In this document: piece after piece, positions 59,640 through 64,000 of the stretch
Numbering within the stretch: position 1 is the first letter of the stretch
How the letters are laid out: each line of letters starts with the position of its first letter
Assembly: GCA_965217775.1 (NCBI GenBank)
Contig: CBDCJH010000002.1
Location: 3,840,001-3,904,000, forward strand
Direction of reading: 5' to 3'
Origin: Acidobacteriota bacterium
GTDB taxonomy: Bacteria; Acidobacteriota; UBA6911; RPQK01; JAJDTT01
Length of the DNA stretch: 64,000 nucleotides
Made by a program: the position numbers and the translations under genes
Notes under the pieces: model-generated
The model's input: only the letters and a program-made list of their open reading frames with translations
Database searches by the model: none
Told to the model about the DNA's origin: nothing

Positions 59640-60004
59640 ACAGCGATGACCTTTTGGCGGGGAGAATAGCAGTCCGTGGTGAAAGTCCCGCGAGCACCGA
59701 GACCGTTCCTGCGCCCGCCGGACAAGGCGCGATTCGGGTGCATACCGGGAGTATGTGCCCGAATCGCAACGCCGTCCGCCGGGATGCAGGGACGGTCGAA
59801 TGCCGTGATGACTTTTGCCACGGGCTGATAGAGTCGAATCACTTTCGGTCGATCGCGCTTTTCAAAATGACACCGGACAGCATCCGGCATCGCGGCGTAA
59901 AGCTGCGGAAGCGTGCCTGCTTCTGTGAGAATCGAAACCCCCAATGCGCGCGCCGTGAATCCACTCTCTGGCGCCTCTTCGACGACGAATACAATTTCCT
60001 TCAT
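59636..60004 (-). CDS. HicB-like antitoxin carrying an in-frame 54-aa MITE insertion
   Basis: MKEIVFVVEEAPESGFTARALGVSILTEA..DAVRCHF..PKVIRLY[54 aa]SPRQKVIAV. Confidence 0.75.
   Translation of the reverse strand: MKEIVFVVEEAPESGFTARALGVSILTEAGTLPQLYAAMPDAVRCHFEKRDRPKVIRLYQPVAKVITAFDRPCIPADGVAIRAHTPGMHPNRALSGGRRNGLGARGTFTTDCYSPRQKVIAV
59670..59827 (+). mobile_element. 158-bp MITE, full copy 7 (in-frame in a minus-strand ORF)
   Basis: ATAG duplicated at 59666-59669 and 59828-59831. Confidence 0.93.
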
Positions 60005-60039
60005 GGCGAGTTCCCAACATTTCTCACTGCGACGCATGG

Positions 60040-60294
60040 TCAATTGCTCCACGCATCATCGCCCCAAACGAAGTCCTCTTCGGGAGCGGAAAACTCTCCC
60101 GGGGTGGTTGGAAGCCGACGATAACCGGCCCGGTGCCGCTCTTCCAATTCCGCATCGTCGTAGCGGTCCAACGCGGCTTGCAAGGCCTCCCGGGCAAACG
60201 CGGATCGTGTTGCACCGAGCTGCTGAACGCGTTTGTCAATCCGTCCCAAGAGTTCCGTGTCCATCGCAACTTTTATAGTCATCATAGATGTCAT
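60040..60294 (-). CDS. Ribbon-helix-helix (CopG/MazE-like) antitoxin
   Basis: TIKVAMDTELLGRID..TRSAFAREAL RHH pattern; LEERHRAGY..P..PGEF..W tail typical of MazF partners. Confidence 0.8.
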   Translation of the reverse strand: MTSMMTIKVAMDTELLGRIDKRVQQLGATRSAFAREALQAALDRYDDAELEERHRAGYRRLPTTPGEFSAPEEDFVWGDDAWSN

Positions 60295-60542
60295 TTACCT
60301 GGTTCCTATAGTTATTGCGGACGTGGATGCTCTTTACGATACAACGGTCAAGCTGCGAGTTCGACGTCCAAATATTCTCCCCCGGTGGACTGCCAAGACT
60401 CGACTTACATGGTTGTTTCAGGCATTGTGGCCAGGGTTCATCGGCGTTTTCCTTTTGGCTCCCCGGGATGAAGCCCGGAAACGGAAGATGACGGGCAAAC
60501 CATAGTGCTGAATAGAGTTAGAATCTGCCAGGAAGGACGCCC

Positions 60543-62156
60543 ATGCCCGGAATGATCGTCGCTCCCCAGCCCGTGGCGGTGGAAGAGGGGGCCAAGGTGT
60601 TGATGTCGGGCGGCAACGCCGTAGACGCCGCCGTCACTTGCGCGCTGGTGCAGTCGGTCCTGAGTCCCCACATGTGCGGGGCCGGGGGTTACATCATCCT
60701 GACCCTCCACGTCGCCGGCGATTCGGAGGCCAAGGGACGGGTCCTGGACGCTCCCGCTGTGGCCGGTTCGAAAGTCTCTCCGGCCATGTGGGAAAAGGTG
60801 GTCCTGGGGCCCAACCCCGACGGCTGGGGCTTCTTCCTGAAGGACAAGGTCAACGACCTGGGCTACCAGTCCATCTGCGTCCCCGGAGCGGTCAAGGGAT
60901 TCGCCGCCATGCTGGAGCGCTGGGGAACCCGTTCCTGGCGGACCGTCCTCGGGCCCGCAGCCCGAATCGCCCGGGAGGGGTTCTTGGTGGACAAGAATCT
61001 GGCGGACGGATGGAGGGCGAGGCCGGCCTATCCGGAAGCCTCCTGTCTGATGGACTACGTCCAGGGCAATGCCGAGGCCAGCCGGATCTATCTCAACGAC
61101 CAGGGGCTCCCCCGCGAGGTCGGGGATCGGCTCACCAACCCCGACTACGCCGCGACTCTCGAGCATCTGGCCGAACACGGGCCCGAAGATTTCTATCGGG
61201 GGGAATTGGCGGAAACCATGGCCGCCGACCTCGCGGCCAACGGAAGCTTCGTCACCGCAGGAGACTTGGCGGGTTACCGGCTCCGGGACCCGGAACCGGT
61301 GGTGAGCAGCTATCGAGGATATCGCGTTGTCGGTTCCCAGCCGCCCCACGGGGGACCGACCCTGGCGGCCATCCTCAACATCCTGGAAGACTGGGATCTG
61401 GCCAGCTTGGGACACAACTCCCCGGCCTTTATCGAACGGGTCGCCATGGCCATGAAGGCCGCCTTCGCCGACCGGAGCCTGCAGCTGGCCGATCCGGATT
61501 TCGTGGACGTCCCCCTGGATTGGATGACCTCCAAGGAACGCGCTGCCCAGTGGCGCCGCACCATCGAGGAGGGCGGCGCAATCAATGTGGAACCCATGGC
61601 TCCCGAGCCTCCCGACACCACCCAGGTCAGCGTGGTGGACTCTGACGGAAACTGCGTCTCGCTGACCCACTCACTGGGAGTCTCGTCGGGAGTGATCACG
61701 CCGGGCCTGGGCTTCATGTACAACAACTCCATGATCAACTTTCACCCCCTGGCTGGCCATCCCAACTCCATCGCTCCAGGCAAGGGGCGCACCACGGGCA
61801 TGACTCCGACCCTGGTCTACAAGGGAGATCGTCCGGTGGTGGTGATCGGCGCGCCGGGGGCGACTCGAATCATCACCTCCGTCCTCCAGGTCCTGGTCAA
61901 CATCCTGGATTTCGGGATGAGCGCCAGCGACGCGGTGCTGGCTCCGCGTTTCGACTGCCAGGGAGACCTGATCCGTTGCCAGGCTCGTATCCCCGAATTC
62001 GTTTGCGCCCAGGTCCGCAAAGATCACCCCATCGAGCGGCTGCCCCTGAGTCACGGGGGGATGGGCCTGGTTCACGCCATTGTCATCGATCCCGAGACCG
62101 GACAACTCTCGGGAGGCGCCGACACCGGCAGCGGCGGGATGGCTCTGCTAACCTGA
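60543..62156 (+). CDS. ggt: Gamma-glutamyltransferase
   Basis: GGNAVDAAV, VPG, FYRG, DTTQVSVVDSDGN catalytic Thr, GAPGA. Confidence 0.93.
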   Translation: MPGMIVAPQPVAVEEGAKVLMSGGNAVDAAVTCALVQSVLSPHMCGAGGYIILTLHVAGDSEAKGRVLDAPAVAGSKVSPAMWEKVVLGPNPDGWGFFLKDKVNDLGYQSICVPGAVKGFAAMLERWGTRSWRTVLGPAARIAREGFLVDKNLADGWRARPAYPEASCLMDYVQGNAEASRIYLNDQGLPREVGDRLTNPDYAATLEHLAEHGPEDFYRGELAETMAADLAANGSFVTAGDLAGYRLRDPEPVVSSYRGYRVVGSQPPHGGPTLAAILNILEDWDLASLGHNSPAFIERVAMAMKAAFADRSLQLADPDFVDVPLDWMTSKERAAQWRRTIEEGGAINVEPMAPEPPDTTQVSVVDSDGNCVSLTHSLGVSSGVITPGLGFMYNNSMINFHPLAGHPNSIAPGKGRTTGMTPTLVYKGDRPVVVIGAPGATRIITSVLQVLVNILDFGMSASDAVLAPRFDCQGDLIRCQARIPEFVCAQVRKDHPIERLPLSHGGMGLVHAIVIDPETGQLSGGADTGSGGMALLT

Positions 62157-62175
62157 GGTCAGGAGGGATTGCTCC

Positions 62176-63942
62176 ATGAGCCAGAACCTGATCGCCCTGC
62201 AGAACAAGTTTCTGGGTCACGGACAGACCGTCTACGACGAACTCTCGAAGCTCCACGAGCGGCAGGGCTACATCGGCGACCAGGACATCGACCGTCTGGC
62301 CCGTCAACACCACCTGCCTCCCCAGCAGATCCGGGCGACGGCCAAATTCTATGAGGAACTCTCCCACGACCGGCCGGCCGAACGGGTCATCAAGGTCTGC
62401 AACGGCGAGGCCTGCCGCGTTGCCGGGTTCGTTTCCTGCGAAGAACAGCTTCTGGAAGCTTGCGGACTCGAAGCTCCCGGGGGCGTCGGCACCAACGGGG
62501 TGCGGGTCGAGCACGTCACCTGTCTCGGCTATTGCGGACTGGGTCCCAACGTCATGGTCGACAACGACCCGGTCAGTCTCGCCGGCGAAGGCGCTCTCGA
62601 GTCGGTTCTGGAGTACGCGCGGTCCGGCGCTTCCCATGGACTGAACGAACCCAACAACCCGACCCACATGCCGCAGGGAAGCGAACCCTGCATTCTGCTG
62701 AGGCGGTTCGACCGGGACGTAGTGCCTCTCGAAGGCGCCCGGGATGCCGGAGTCTACAGTTCTCTGGAGAAGGCTCTCGCGTCCATGAGTCCGCAGCAGG
62801 TGATCGACGAAATCAAGGCCAGCCGGCTTCGGGGACGGGGGGGAGCCGGTTTTCCCTCGGGCATCAAGCTGGAAACGGTTTCGCGCTCCGCTTCGGCCGA
62901 CGGCCGCAAGTTCGTGGTGGTCAACTGCGACGAGGGGGACGCCGGATCCTACATCGACAAGGAACTGATGGAGCGAGACCCCCATACTCAATTGGAAGGA
63001 GCCCTGCTGGCCGCCTATTCCTGCGGCGCCCAGGAGGTGATCCTCTACATCCGGTTCGAGTACCCCCGCCTGCTTCGAGTGATGCGCCAGGCGATCGCCG
63101 AGGCCGAAGGAGCGGGCCTGGTGGGACCGAACATTTTGGGAAGCGATTTCTCCTGCCCGGTGCGGATCGTCATGGGTCAGGGGGCCTACATCTGCGGCGA
63201 GGAGACCTCGCTGCTCCGTTCCATCGAAGGGGTCCCGGCCATCGTCAGCTTCAAGCCGCCTTTCCCGGCCGAGAAAGGGCTCTACGGTTGCCCCACGGCG
63301 GTGAACAACGTCGAAACCCTGCACAACCTGCCCTGGATCATCGAACACGGCGGCGAAGCCTTTGCCGCCTACGGCCACGGAAACTCCCGGGGCACCAAGC
63401 TGGTCAGCCTCAACACCCGGGTCCGGCGGCCGGGGCTCTACGAGATCGAGTTGGGCGTCACCTTGCGGGATCTGATCTTCCACCGGGCCGGCGGGATGGC
63501 GCCCGGAGAGGTCTTCAAGGCGGTCCAGGTGGGAGGGCCCTTGGGAGGCATCCTGCCCGAGAGCAAGCTGGACACGCCCTTGGCCTTCGAGACCATGGCC
63601 GAAGCCGGCGGCATTCTGGGGCACGCCGGTGTGGTCGTCTATTCCCAACGGGACGATCTGGTGGAGATCGGACGGGCCCTGATGGCCTTCTGCGCCGTCG
63701 AAAGCTGCGGAAAGTGCTTCCCCTGCCGCATCGGCGCCGTACGGGGCACCGAGCTGTTCGACCAGTTCCTGGACCCGAACGGTATCGGCGTGACCGATGA
63801 CAAGCTGCAGTTGCTCTCGGAACTGTGCGAGACCATGAAGTACGGCAGCCTCTGCGCGCTGGGCGGAATGATCCCCATTCCCATCGAGAACCTGATGGAA
63901 TTCTTTCCCGAAGAGATCGACAGGTACCGGAGAGGCGCGTAG
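62176..63942 (+). CDS. NuoE-NuoF fusion (NAD(H)-binding diaphorase subunit, formate dehydrogenase beta-like)
   Basis: CNGEAC..CLGYC 2Fe-2S, LRGRGGAGFP, DEGD, GAYICGEETSL, ESCGKCFPCR..C 4Fe-4S. Confidence 0.9.
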   Translation: MSQNLIALQNKFLGHGQTVYDELSKLHERQGYIGDQDIDRLARQHHLPPQQIRATAKFYEELSHDRPAERVIKVCNGEACRVAGFVSCEEQLLEACGLEAPGGVGTNGVRVEHVTCLGYCGLGPNVMVDNDPVSLAGEGALESVLEYARSGASHGLNEPNNPTHMPQGSEPCILLRRFDRDVVPLEGARDAGVYSSLEKALASMSPQQVIDEIKASRLRGRGGAGFPSGIKLETVSRSASADGRKFVVVNCDEGDAGSYIDKELMERDPHTQLEGALLAAYSCGAQEVILYIRFEYPRLLRVMRQAIAEAEGAGLVGPNILGSDFSCPVRIVMGQGAYICGEETSLLRSIEGVPAIVSFKPPFPAEKGLYGCPTAVNNVETLHNLPWIIEHGGEAFAAYGHGNSRGTKLVSLNTRVRRPGLYEIELGVTLRDLIFHRAGGMAPGEVFKAVQVGGPLGGILPESKLDTPLAFETMAEAGGILGHAGVVVYSQRDDLVEIGRALMAFCAVESCGKCFPCRIGAVRGTELFDQFLDPNGIGVTDDKLQLLSELCETMKYGSLCALGGMIPIPIENLMEFFPEEIDRYRRGA

Positions 63943-64000
63943 GCGTTATCCATTAAAACGTAGTAGACTGACGGGTACCGCATAGGAATTCACTTATGAG

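Noticed and set aside
4005-59827. 158-bp repeats as a CRISPR array or integron attC cassettes
   Set aside because: Copies are dispersed in both orientations, have TIRs and target duplications and interrupt genes; there are no spacers, cas genes, integrase or GTTRRRY cores
62176-63942. Respiratory complex I nuo operon
   Set aside because: Stand-alone E-F fusion after ggt with no upstream nuoA-D; more like a soluble dehydrogenase diaphorase subunit whose partner probably lies beyond the window

Overview
GC-rich bacterial DNA, probably Acidobacteriota. This is inferred from the Oar-type TonB receptors, CRTAC1/ASPIC-UnbV, GWxTD and many TPR proteins. About 45 genes: sugar/aromatic catabolic enzymes (SDRs, Zn-ADH, Ldh_2, IolE-like, aldolase, GH127-like, GH10-like, propeller hydrolases), a PQQ/cytochrome c dehydrogenase, an LLM monooxygenase, PhyH, GGT and a NuoEF-type fusion. 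Stand-out observations: (1) A 158-bp non-autonomous fold-back element (MITE) occurs as 7 full and 2 partial copies, with 18-bp terminal inverted repeats and 4-bp target duplications. Each insertion adds 162 nt (54 codons) and 5 of its 6 frames are stop-free, so it sits in-frame inside two ORFs and interrupts two others. (2) A ~24-kb cluster of exported proteins of unknown function combines 3 CRTAC1/UnbV proteins, 5 TPR proteins, 2 seven-CxxCH cytochromes, a TonB receptor and a GWxTD protein. It is largely bracketed by a ~2-kb inverted duplication with a divergent internal Cys-loop patch. (3) All three toxin-antitoxin pairs have a destroyed toxin. (4) An AAA ATPase gene lies between direct repeats of the phyH 3' end. 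No rRNA, tRNA, CRISPR array or transposase was seen. All family calls come from motif recognition, not database searches.
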